Shown in pieces: positions 1 through 7,212 of a stretch of 40,000 nt of DNA (position 1 is the stretch's first letter; every line of letters begins with the position of its first letter). Source of the stretch: Halosimplex salinum (lineage in GTDB: Archaea > Halobacteriota > Halobacteria > Halobacteriales > Haloarculaceae); assembly GCF_003730195.1 (NCBI RefSeq), contig NZ_QWGG01000008.1, positions 84,969-124,968 on the forward strand, in the 5' to 3' direction. The notes beneath the pieces are model-generated. The model saw only the letters and a list, made by a program, of their open reading frames with translations, made no database searches and had not been told where the DNA came from. Both the position numbers and the translations under genes were made by a program.

Positions 1-185
1 GAGGGCGACGCCGAGTGCGAGATAGAGGACGTTCACGGGTCTCACTACGTCGCGTCGACTGTTAATCGAACGGGGTCCGTACCCGTAGACCGGCGTCCGC
101 GCGAACGAAGGTGTCCCCGTTGCGACCGGTCCGCGACGTCGAGCATCTATACCTCGCGGGTGATTTTTCAGAATCTTGGAACGGC

Positions 186-202
186 TATACAATATTAATA
201 CA
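186..202 (+). promoter_or_regulatory. AT-rich TATA-like promoter box upstream of the first TusA gene
   Basis: tatacaatattaataca sits in otherwise GC-rich DNA, 28-44 nt upstream of ATG 230. This fits an archaeal BRE/TATA with a leaderless or short-leader mRNA. Confidence 0.45.
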
Positions 203-229
203 TCTCGGCGCCGAGGTTCACCCACAACG

Positions 230-472
230 ATGACTGACACAGACGTCGAGTACGACGAGAGCGTCGACGCGCGGGGCGCGGCCTGCCCCGGTCCGCTCAT
301 GGACCTCATCGGGAAGATGCGGGACGTCGATTCCGGGACGGTAGTGCGGCTGGTGAGCGACAACGACCGGTCGCTGACCGACGTCCCCGAGTGGGCCGCG
401 GAGGCCGGCAACGACCTGCTCGCGGTCGAAGAGGGCGAGGACCACAACGAGTTCTACGTGGAGAAAGCGTGA
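230..472 (+). CDS. tusA: TusA/SirA-family sulfur carrier protein (80 aa)
   Basis: Internal ATG of the 176..472 ORF (the 176 start is TTG and lies over the promoter box). It has the CPxP active-site motif (AACPGPLMDL) and typical TusA size. Its stop overlaps the GTG of the next gene. Confidence 0.85.
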   Translation: MTDTDVEYDESVDARGAACPGPLMDLIGKMRDVDSGTVVRLVSDNDRSLTDVPEWAAEAGNDLLAVEEGEDHNEFYVEKA

Positions 473-1611
473 CCGAGCACATCGTCGTCGTCGGCGGCGG
501 GACCGGGGGAACCGTGCTCGCGAACGACCTGGCCGACCGGCTGGACGCCGAGATCGACGCCGGTGACGTCCGGGTCAGCCTGATCAACGACGACCCGGAC
601 CACGTGTACAAGCCGGTCTGGCTGTACGTGCCCTTCGGGCAGCGGGAACCGGCGGACGGCCGCCGGCCCCTCGCCGACCTCGTCGACGACCGGGTCGACC
701 TGCGGATCGACCGCGTGACGGAGATCGACACCGACGCGAAGCGGCTCCGCCTCCAGGGGTCGCCCCAGTCGGTGGGGTACGATTACCTCACGCTGGCGAC
801 CGGGTCGACGCTGGCACCGGAGGAGATCCCCGGTCTCGCGGAGGGCGGGCACGACTTCTACAGCGAGTCGGGCGCCACCGCGCTGCGGGAGGAACTGCTC
901 TCGTTCACCGAGGGGACGCTCGTGTTGAGCGTCGTCGGGACGCCGCACATGTGTCCGGCCGCCCCCCTGGAGTTCGTGTTCATGGCCGACAGCTGGTTCC
1001 GCGAGCGCGGGCTCCGAGAGGACGTGGACATCGTGTACACCTACCCCATCCAGCGCGTTCACGGCAACCCCCACATCGCCGAGTGGGCCCGACCGATCAT
1101 GGACGAACGCGGCATCGAGGTCGAGACGTTCTTCAACACCGAAGCGGTCGACCCCGAAGCGCGAACGATCACCTCGATGGAGGGGACCGAACTCGACTAC
1201 GACCTCCTCGTGGACATCCCGCCCCACAGCGGGGTGGACCTGATCGAGGCGGCGGGGCTGGGCGACGGCTGGGTCGACGTCGACAGACATACGCTGGAGG
1301 CCGAGGCCGCCGAGGACGTCTACGCGCTCGGCGACACGGCCGACACGGGCGTCCCCAACGCCGGCAGTGTTGCCCACTACCAGGCGGGCGTCGTCGGGCA
1401 GCGACTCGCCAGCGAGGTTCGCGGGCGGCCGCCCACGGCGACCTACGACGGCAAGACGCTGTGTTTCGTCGAGACGGGGATGGACGCGGCGTCGTTCGTC
1501 GAGTTCGACTACGAAAATCCGCCGTCGCCGGCGCCGCCCTCGGAGAAGCTCCACTGGTCGAAACTGGCGTACAACGAGTCCTACTGGCTGACCGCGCGGG
1601 GGCTGCTCTGA
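469..1611 (+). CDS. FAD-dependent pyridine nucleotide-disulfide oxidoreductase, sulfide:quinone oxidoreductase-like
   Basis: GTG at 469 overlaps the TusA stop (GTGA). N-terminal Rossmann motif HIVVVGGGTGGT is present. Cys residues occur in SQR-like contexts (HMCPAAPLE and TLCFVETG). A DUF1641 gene follows, as is usual for this subfamily. Confidence 0.8.
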   Translation: MTEHIVVVGGGTGGTVLANDLADRLDAEIDAGDVRVSLINDDPDHVYKPVWLYVPFGQREPADGRRPLADLVDDRVDLRIDRVTEIDTDAKRLRLQGSPQSVGYDYLTLATGSTLAPEEIPGLAEGGHDFYSESGATALREELLSFTEGTLVLSVVGTPHMCPAAPLEFVFMADSWFRERGLREDVDIVYTYPIQRVHGNPHIAEWARPIMDERGIEVETFFNTEAVDPEARTITSMEGTELDYDLLVDIPPHSGVDLIEAAGLGDGWVDVDRHTLEAEAAEDVYALGDTADTGVPNAGSVAHYQAGVVGQRLASEVRGRPPTATYDGKTLCFVETGMDAASFVEFDYENPPSPAPPSEKLHWSKLAYNESYWLTARGLL

Positions 1612-1612
1612 G

Positions 1613-2260
1613 ATGTCCGGGGAAGCCACCGTCGCCGACGGCGAGCTCGCGGCGGCCATCGAGGAGAACCCGGAGGCGGTCGCCGCGTTCGTCCGCCGGC
1701 TCGACGGCGTCAACGACCTGCTGGACGTGCTCGCGCTCGGCGAGAGCGCGCTGACCGACGACATGGTCCGGGAGCTCTCGGGCACGACCGCGACGCTCGC
1801 CGAGTCCGCCGACGAGATCGCGACCGACGAGACCGTGGGACTGGCCGGCGCGGTCGGCGACAACGGCGCCGCGCTACAGGACGCCCTCGAATCGCTGGTG
1901 GAACTCCAGCGGACCGGTACCCTCGACGAACTGGTCGAACTCGCCGAGGTGCTGTCGCTGGCCACGGCCGCGCTCGACGACGAGATGGTCCGGTCGCTGG
2001 CCGCCACCGGCGGCTCGCTGGGCGAGCTCGCACAGACCGCGGCCGACGACGACGCGCGAGACGGGATCGAGACGCTGCTGGAGGGCGTCGGTGAGGCCGA
2101 GCGCGAGGACCCCGAACAGGTCGGCCCCGTCGGACTCGTCCGTGCAGTCCGGGACCCGGACGTCCAGTACGGACTCGGCTACCTCCTCGCGCTCGCCGCC
2201 GCCCTCGGCCGGGCTCGATCGGCCGACGCCGCCGAGCACAGCGGCCCTCACCGGCAGTAA
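1613..2260 (+). CDS. DUF1641 domain-containing protein
   Basis: ATG lies 1 nt after the preceding stop. The protein is acidic, Ala/Leu-rich and helical (215 aa), with the pattern I recognise as DUF1641, the usual partner of SQR-like NAD(FAD) dehydrogenases in archaea. Confidence 0.7.
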   Translation: MSGEATVADGELAAAIEENPEAVAAFVRRLDGVNDLLDVLALGESALTDDMVRELSGTTATLAESADEIATDETVGLAGAVGDNGAALQDALESLVELQRTGTLDELVELAEVLSLATAALDDEMVRSLAATGGSLGELAQTAADDDARDGIETLLEGVGEAEREDPEQVGPVGLVRAVRDPDVQYGLGYLLALAAALGRARSADAAEHSGPHRQ

Positions 2261-2447
2261 CCACTCGCGCCAACCCGTATTGTCTAATTCATCCAAGATT
2301 GTTGAAACACGCGGCGCGCCCCCTCGAACCACGAACCACAGCGTGCGCTGACGCGGTCGACGGGGTCGGCGTCGGCGACGTTCGGGGCCGGATCCGAGTC
2401 GCGTCGCTGTCGGTCTCGATTGGTTGGGGACGTACTTGTCCCGAAAA

Positions 2448-2573
2448 TTACTGGCCGTCGACGCCGCCGTCCGCGCGGGTGACGACCGCGGACCCCTGGT
2501 GTTCGAAGCAGACCGCGAGCTCGGTGTCGGGGCCGACGATCCGGCCGGTCGGGCTTCGATCGGTCGGTTCCAT
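2448..2573 (-). CDS. Candidate small protein (41 aa) translationally coupled to DsrE
   Basis: Not in the supplied track (too short). The ATG at 2573-2571 shares its A with the DsrE stop (TGATG). Translation is MEPTDRSPTGRIVGPDTELAVCFEHQGSAVVTRADGGVDGQ, with G/C at about 36 of 41 third positions. TAA at 2450-2448 is followed by a T-run and the GGGAC-N6-GTCCC hairpin. Confidence 0.3.
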   Translation of the reverse strand: MEPTDRSPTGRIVGPDTELAVCFEHQGSAVVTRADGGVDGQ

Positions 2574-3154
2574 CAGACGAGGAGCTGGATGTCGGCGTCG
2601 GCCATGTCCTGGATGGCGGTGGCGGCACCGACGCCGGTGGTGACGCCGTCGTAGAAGTCGGCTTCGTCGTAGTCCATCAACTCGATGGTCATCTGGCAGG
2701 CCTGGAACTCCACGCCCATGTCCAGGCTGGTCTCGATGAGTTCTTCGATGGTGGCCGTCTCGTTGTCGTCGATCCGTTTTTCCATCAGTTTCGTCGTGAC
2801 GCGGTCCATGCCGGGGAGCGCGCCGACGACGTTCGGGACGGGCATGTTGGGGTTGCCGACGGAACTGAGCTGGAGGTCCCTCGACCGTTCCTCGTGGAGG
2901 ATGTCCAGTCCCCAGAACGTGTGGAACACCGTGACCTCGTAGCCGAACGCGGCCGCTGTGCTCGCGAGGATCAGCGGCGGGTAGGCCATGTCGAGGGTGC
3001 CTTTCGTCGCGATGATCGACATCTTCTTGCCGTCGTCGTCGTCGCTGTCGGCGCTCACCGCGGCGAGTTGCTCCTCGAGTTCGTCGACGCGTGCGGCGAG
3101 TTCCGCGCGGGAGGGCGTCTCCTCGGCCGTCGCGTCGGGTGTGTCCGTGCTCAT
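2573..3154 (-). CDS. DsrE/DsrF-like (COG2210-type) sulfur relay protein with acidic N-terminal extension
   Basis: Internal ATG at 3154, 2 nt after the upstream TusA stop; the longer 3352 start would overlap TusA. Conserved blocks are KKMSIIATKGTLDMAYPPLILASTAAA, FHTFWGL and the Cys-containing FQACQMT. Confidence 0.8.
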   Translation of the reverse strand: MSTDTPDATAEETPSRAELAARVDELEEQLAAVSADSDDDDGKKMSIIATKGTLDMAYPPLILASTAAAFGYEVTVFHTFWGLDILHEERSRDLQLSSVGNPNMPVPNVVGALPGMDRVTTKLMEKRIDDNETATIEELIETSLDMGVEFQACQMTIELMDYDEADFYDGVTTGVGAATAIQDMADADIQLLV

Positions 3155-3156
3155 GG

Positions 3157-3402
3157 TCACTCCGTCTTGCGGACGTAGTGTCTGTACACGCCGTCGCCCT
3201 CCTCCTGACTCAGCAGTTCGACACCGGCGGTGCCGTCCGCCCAGCCGGCGATGTCGCTCATGCTGCCGGAGTCGGTCGCCAGCACCTCGAGTACCTCGCC
3301 AGCGGCGAGGTCGTCGATGGCCGACTTGGTTTTCACGACCGGCATGGGGCACGATGCGCCTTTCACGTCCAGCGTCTCCGTAATTTCGTATTCCGAACTC
3401 AT
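3157..3402 (-). CDS. tusA: TusA/SirA-family sulfur carrier protein (81 aa)
   Basis: ATG at 3402 (MSSEYEITETLDVKGASCPMPVV) with the CPxP motif. It sits immediately upstream of DsrE on the same strand. Confidence 0.85.
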   Translation of the reverse strand: MSSEYEITETLDVKGASCPMPVVKTKSAIDDLAAGEVLEVLATDSGSMSDIAGWADGTAGVELLSQEEGDGVYRHYVRKTE

Positions 3403-3424
3403 GGTTGATCCGCTCCGATGTTCT

Positions 3425-3447
3425 GTATTGGAGCTAACGCACAATAC
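3425..3447. promoter_or_regulatory. Inverted repeat GTATTG-N11-CAATAC in the TusA-DsrE promoter
   Basis: 6-bp arms at 3425-3430 and 3442-3447, 23-45 nt upstream of ATG 3402. On the gene strand it reads GTATTGTGC, a 9-mer also present upstream of trxA. Confidence 0.4.
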
Positions 3448-3610
3448 CATGTCGGTCGGTAAAAGATTGTTGATTCTTGTGAGTGGTATAAACAGCCGCT
3501 ATACTGAGGGCGCCGTCGATAGCCTGTGGACCGAGGATCTCGCGAAGCGCGACGAATCGAGCGGAATCTGCTGAAGTAATATTGTATGGTTGGTGGATTT
3601 CTATGCAAAC

Positions 3611-3621
3611 GCTTTTATGCA
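3611..3621 (+). promoter_or_regulatory. TATA-like box for the rhodanese-MBL/YeeE/PiT operon
   Basis: gcttttatgc is centred about 31 nt upstream of ATG 3647. Confidence 0.45.
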
Positions 3622-3646
3622 CCTACCCGGTAGTTGGGAGTACGAA

Positions 3647-4840
3647 ATGAACGCCGAAGACTTCCCGACGCCCGACGTCGACGTCGAGAGCATCGACCCG
3701 GAGACGCTGAAGGGGCGTATCGACGACGGCGAGGACGTCACGCTCCTCGACGCGCGCATGGAATCGGAGTACGACGAGTGGCACATCGACGGCGAGACTG
3801 TCGAATCGATCAACGTCCCGTACTTCCAGTTCCTCGAGGACGAGATCGACGACGCCGTCCTGGAACAGATCCCGGACGACCGCGAGGTCACGGTCCTCTG
3901 TGCGAAGGGCGGCGCCAGCGAGTTCGTCGCCGGTTCCCTGGCCGAGCGCGGCTACGACGTCCACCACCTCGAGGACGGCATGAACGGCTGGGCGAGCATC
4001 TACGAGGCCGTCGAGGTCACCGACTACGACGGCGCCGGCACCCTCCTCCAGTACCAGCGCCCTTCCTCGGGGTGTCTGGGCTACCTGCTGTACGACGACG
4101 GCGAAGCCGCGATCATCGACCCGCTTCGAGCGTTCACCGACCGCTATCTGTCGGACGCTGCCGACCTCGGCGTCGAGCTGAAATACGCGCTCGACACGCA
4201 CGTCCACGCCGACCACATCTCGGGCGTCCGCGACCTCGACGAGGAGGGCGTCGAGGGCGTCATCCCCGCGGCCGCCGTCGACCGCGGCGTCACCTACGCC
4301 GACGAACTGACGACTGCGGAAGACGGCGACACGTTCCAGGTCGGCGACGCGACCATCGAGGTCGTCTACACGCCCGGTCACACGACCGGGATGACCTCCT
4401 ACCTGGTCGACGACAGCCTGCTCGCCACCGGCGACGGCCTCTTCGTCGAGAGCGTTGCTCGCCCCGATCTCGAGGAGGGCGACGAGGGCGCACCCGACGC
4501 CGCGGAGACGCTCTACAAATCGCTCCAGGAGCGCGTGCTCGCGCTCCCCGACGACACGCTCGTCGGCGGCGCCCACTACAGCGACGCCGCGCAACCGGCC
4601 GAGGACGGCACGTACACCGCCTCGATCGGGGGCCTCGTCGACGAGATGGACGCACTCACGATGCAGGCGGGCGACTTCGTGCAGGTCGTCCTGTCCGATA
4701 TGCCGCCCCGTCCGTCCAACTACGAGGAGATCATCGCGACGAATCTCGGGCAGAACGCCGTCGACGACGACGAGGCGTTCACCCTGGAACTCGGCCCGAA
4801 CAACTGCGCGGCGAGCCAGGGCTCGCTCGCGGGTGACTGA
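3647..4840 (+). CDS. Rhodanese domain fused to MBL-fold hydrolase (persulfide dioxygenase-like)
   Basis: ATG 3647 (MNAEDF). The N-terminal rhodanese has catalytic loop LCAKGGAS. The MBL metal motifs are HVHADH, PGHTTG, TGDGLF and GAH. The C-terminal tail carries a lone Cys (GPNNCAAS). Confidence 0.8.
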   Translation: MNAEDFPTPDVDVESIDPETLKGRIDDGEDVTLLDARMESEYDEWHIDGETVESINVPYFQFLEDEIDDAVLEQIPDDREVTVLCAKGGASEFVAGSLAERGYDVHHLEDGMNGWASIYEAVEVTDYDGAGTLLQYQRPSSGCLGYLLYDDGEAAIIDPLRAFTDRYLSDAADLGVELKYALDTHVHADHISGVRDLDEEGVEGVIPAAAVDRGVTYADELTTAEDGDTFQVGDATIEVVYTPGHTTGMTSYLVDDSLLATGDGLFVESVARPDLEEGDEGAPDAAETLYKSLQERVLALPDDTLVGGAHYSDAAQPAEDGTYTASIGGLVDEMDALTMQAGDFVQVVLSDMPPRPSNYEEIIATNLGQNAVDDDEAFTLELGPNNCAASQGSLAGD

Positions 4841-4848
4841 ACGCGACG

Positions 4849-5403
4849 ATGACTGATCCGATCGCACTACAGGCGGCCGCCGAACTGTTCCCGAACGGGG
4901 TCAGTCGCTACGCCGTCGGTGGTCTGCTCGTCGGGCTCGGCGCCGTCGTGATCTACCTCGGGACTGGGATCGCCGCCGGGGCGAGCACCTTCCTCGAGTC
5001 GACGCTGTCGTACGTCTCCGACCAGTCGCGATTCCAGCGATACGTCGCCTCCCGTGACTGGCGAGTCGTCTTCACGCTCGGGATCATCGCGGGTGCCGCG
5101 GTGTTCGCGGCGACGGTCCAGTCCGGCGTGATCACGACCTCGCTCTACGAGGCCGGGTCGACCGGCCAGCTCTACGACGTCGGCGGCGTCACCCTCTGGA
5201 TGACCGACGTCCAGCCCTGGCGGCTGTTCGTCGGGGGCATCCTCGTCGGCATCGGTACCCGGATCGGAAAGGGCTGCACGTCGGGACACGGCGTCTGCGG
5301 GGTCGGATCGGCCTCGAAGACGTCCATCGTCGGTGTGATCACGTTCCTGACGGTGGCCATCGGCACGGCCCAGATAGTGTCCGCGCTGGGGGTGAGTCCG
5401 TAA
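4849..5403 (+). CDS. YeeE/YedE-family sulfur-compound transporter, first half
   Basis: Multi-pass membrane protein with the characteristic GKGCTSGHGVCG block. It starts 8 nt after the preceding stop. Confidence 0.8.
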   Translation: MTDPIALQAAAELFPNGVSRYAVGGLLVGLGAVVIYLGTGIAAGASTFLESTLSYVSDQSRFQRYVASRDWRVVFTLGIIAGAAVFAATVQSGVITTSLYEAGSTGQLYDVGGVTLWMTDVQPWRLFVGGILVGIGTRIGKGCTSGHGVCGVGSASKTSIVGVITFLTVAIGTAQIVSALGVSP

Positions 5404-5404
5404 C

Positions 5405-5863
5405 ATGGCGGACCGTCACCCGCTGTTTATGCCGCTGATACTCGTCGGCGGCCTGATCTTCGGATTCGGGCTCGGCTTCAGCCAGATGGCCCGCCCGGAG
5501 GTCGTGCTGGATTTCCTCCAGTTCGAGGACTTCGGCCTGCTGTTCGTCATGTTCGGTGCCGCAATCGTCTCCGGGGTCGCCTTCGCGGTGATGCCGCGGG
5601 TCCGCGACCGCGCCCCGCTGACCGGCGACGCCTACGAGCGCCGCCTGAAGTCCTTCGACCGGAACGTGCTGGTCGGGGGCGCGATATTCGGCGTCGGCTG
5701 GGGGCTGTCGGGCATCTGTCCCGGCGCCGCCTACGCCAGCCTCGGCACCGGAAACGTCGCGATCCTCTGGGCGCTCGCCGGGATGTTCGTCGGCGCGTAC
5801 CTCCAGGGGTACTGGCGGAGTCACACCGCAGACACGGACGCCGCCACCTCGGCCGCGGACTGA
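5405..5863 (+). CDS. YeeE/YedE-like membrane protein, second half (DUF6691-type)
   Basis: Starts 1 nt after the previous stop. It has four hydrophobic segments and GWGLSGICPG, typical of the partner subunit. Confidence 0.75.
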   Translation: MADRHPLFMPLILVGGLIFGFGLGFSQMARPEVVLDFLQFEDFGLLFVMFGAAIVSGVAFAVMPRVRDRAPLTGDAYERRLKSFDRNVLVGGAIFGVGWGLSGICPGAAYASLGTGNVAILWALAGMFVGAYLQGYWRSHTADTDAATSAAD

Positions 5864-5884
5864 CAGTTCACGACCTGCTCACTG

Positions 5885-7066
5885 ATGGAACTCTCACTCC
5901 TCGCGCTGTTTCTGATCGCCGGACTGGCGAGTCTGTTCATGGCGTGGGTCATCGGTGCGGGATCGAGCGGCGCGACGCCGTTCGCACCCGCCGTCGGTGC
6001 CAACGCCATCTCGACGATGCGGGCCGCGCTCGTCGTCGGCGTCCTCGGGCTCGCCGGCGCCGTCACGCAGGGCGCGAACGTCTCCGAGGCCGTCGGTCGC
6101 GGCCTGATCGGAGGCGTGACGCTGCCGGTGACGGGCGTCATCACCGTCCTGCTGATCGGAGCCGGACTCATGGCGATCGGTATCAGGACCGGGTACCCCA
6201 TCGCGACGGCGTTCACCGTCACCGGCTCGGTGATCGGCGTCGGACTCGCGCTCGGCGGCTCGCCCGTCTGGCCGAAGTACCTGGAGATCGGCACCGTCTG
6301 GGTCCTGACGCCGTTCGTCGGCGGCGGCATCGCCTACGCCATCGCCAGCGTCCTCCCCCGCCCGGACGTCCCGGAACGGTACAGCATCGCGCTGCTGGCG
6401 GGCGTCGTCGCGGCGGTCCTCGCGAACGTCGAGTTCGGCTTCCTCGGTCCGGGCGGGTCTGCGGGCTCGCTCGCGACGGCTCTCCGGCGCTTCCTGGGCC
6501 TGGAGACCACGGTCGCACTGGCGGCGATCACGGTGTTCGTGGCCGTGACCGTCGGCGTCGTCGTCTCGTGGGACATCCGTCGCGACGAGGCGGGCGGGCT
6601 CAGGCGAGTGCTGCTCTCGCTCGGCTCACTCGTCGCGTTCTCCGCGGGCGCCAGCCAGGTCGGGCTCGCTGTCGGGCCGCTCCTCCCGATCCTCGACGAC
6701 ACGCTGGTCACGTCGTTCGCCGTCCTCGTCGGGGGCGGCCTCGGGATCCTCGTCGGCTCGTGGACGGGCGCGCCGCGGATGATCAAGTCGCTGGCGCGGG
6801 ACTACTCCTCGCTCGGACCGCGGCGGTCGATCGCCGCACTGGTCCCGTCGTTCCTGATCGCCCAGCTCGCCGTCCTGCTCGGCGTCCCCGTGTCGTTCAA
6901 CGAGATCGTCGTCAGCGCGATAATCGGGAGCGGCGCAGCCGTCGGTGGCAGTGACGCGATCAGCGCGAGAAAGATACTCGTGACCGTCGGTGCGTGGCTG
7001 GCGTCGTTCGGAGTGGCGTTCGTCCTCGGCTACGGATCGATTGTCGTCCTGACGACCGTGTCGTAG
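5885..7066 (+). CDS. PiT (PHO4) family inorganic anion permease
   Basis: 393-aa polytopic membrane protein. The N-terminus AWVIGAGSSGATPFAPAVGANAIS and the repeated C-terminal half are typical of archaeal PiT transporters. It is the last gene of the 3647-7066 operon. Confidence 0.7.
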   Translation: MELSLLALFLIAGLASLFMAWVIGAGSSGATPFAPAVGANAISTMRAALVVGVLGLAGAVTQGANVSEAVGRGLIGGVTLPVTGVITVLLIGAGLMAIGIRTGYPIATAFTVTGSVIGVGLALGGSPVWPKYLEIGTVWVLTPFVGGGIAYAIASVLPRPDVPERYSIALLAGVVAAVLANVEFGFLGPGGSAGSLATALRRFLGLETTVALAAITVFVAVTVGVVVSWDIRRDEAGGLRRVLLSLGSLVAFSAGASQVGLAVGPLLPILDDTLVTSFAVLVGGGLGILVGSWTGAPRMIKSLARDYSSLGPRRSIAALVPSFLIAQLAVLLGVPVSFNEIVVSAIIGSGAAVGGSDAISARKILVTVGAWLASFGVAFVLGYGSIVVLTTVS

Positions 7067-7155
7067 CCCTCGCGGACTCTCCTCCCCGGAATCCGCTCGT
7101 TCGTCGACCGACAACCGAACTGGACTCCCGCTCCGGCCGGACTCGTGGATACGAT

Positions 7156-7170
7156 TGTACGGATCGTACA
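7156..7170. promoter_or_regulatory. Perfect palindrome TGTACG-GAT-CGTACA upstream of the TrmB-type regulator gene
   Basis: 6-3-6 palindrome lying just upstream of the TATA-like tcttatac (7175-7182), 43-57 nt upstream of ATG 7213. Confidence 0.5.
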
Positions 7171-7212
7171 CAAGTCTTATACCCGCGAATTACGTAGGTC
7201 CCTGCGATACCG

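Noticed and set aside
1-45. Possible 5' end of a minus-strand gene leaving the window (GTG..., V/M-R-P-V-N-V-L-Y-L-A-L-G-V-A-L) with a TATA-like gattaacag about 25 nt upstream
   Set aside because: Only about 15 codons are visible, which is too little to support a call.
176-229. N-terminal extensions of several track ORFs (176, 391, 2573..3352, 3157..3450, 3590, 9076, 13551, 16851..17873, 27022, 31655, 33588, 35475, 36260)
   Set aside because: The extensions use alternative starts, run across AT-rich promoter boxes or overlap the upstream gene. They encode Arg/Pro-rich non-homologous sequence. Internal ATG/GTG starts give proteins that begin where family similarity begins, and these starts often overlap the preceding stop.
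454-2007. 517-aa minus-strand ORF antisense to the SQR-like and DUF1641 genes
   Set aside because: The composition is a typical high-GC shadow ORF (Ser/Arg/Ala/Pro-rich, low complexity). It lies opposite two genes with clear family motifs, and it has no recognisable domain.
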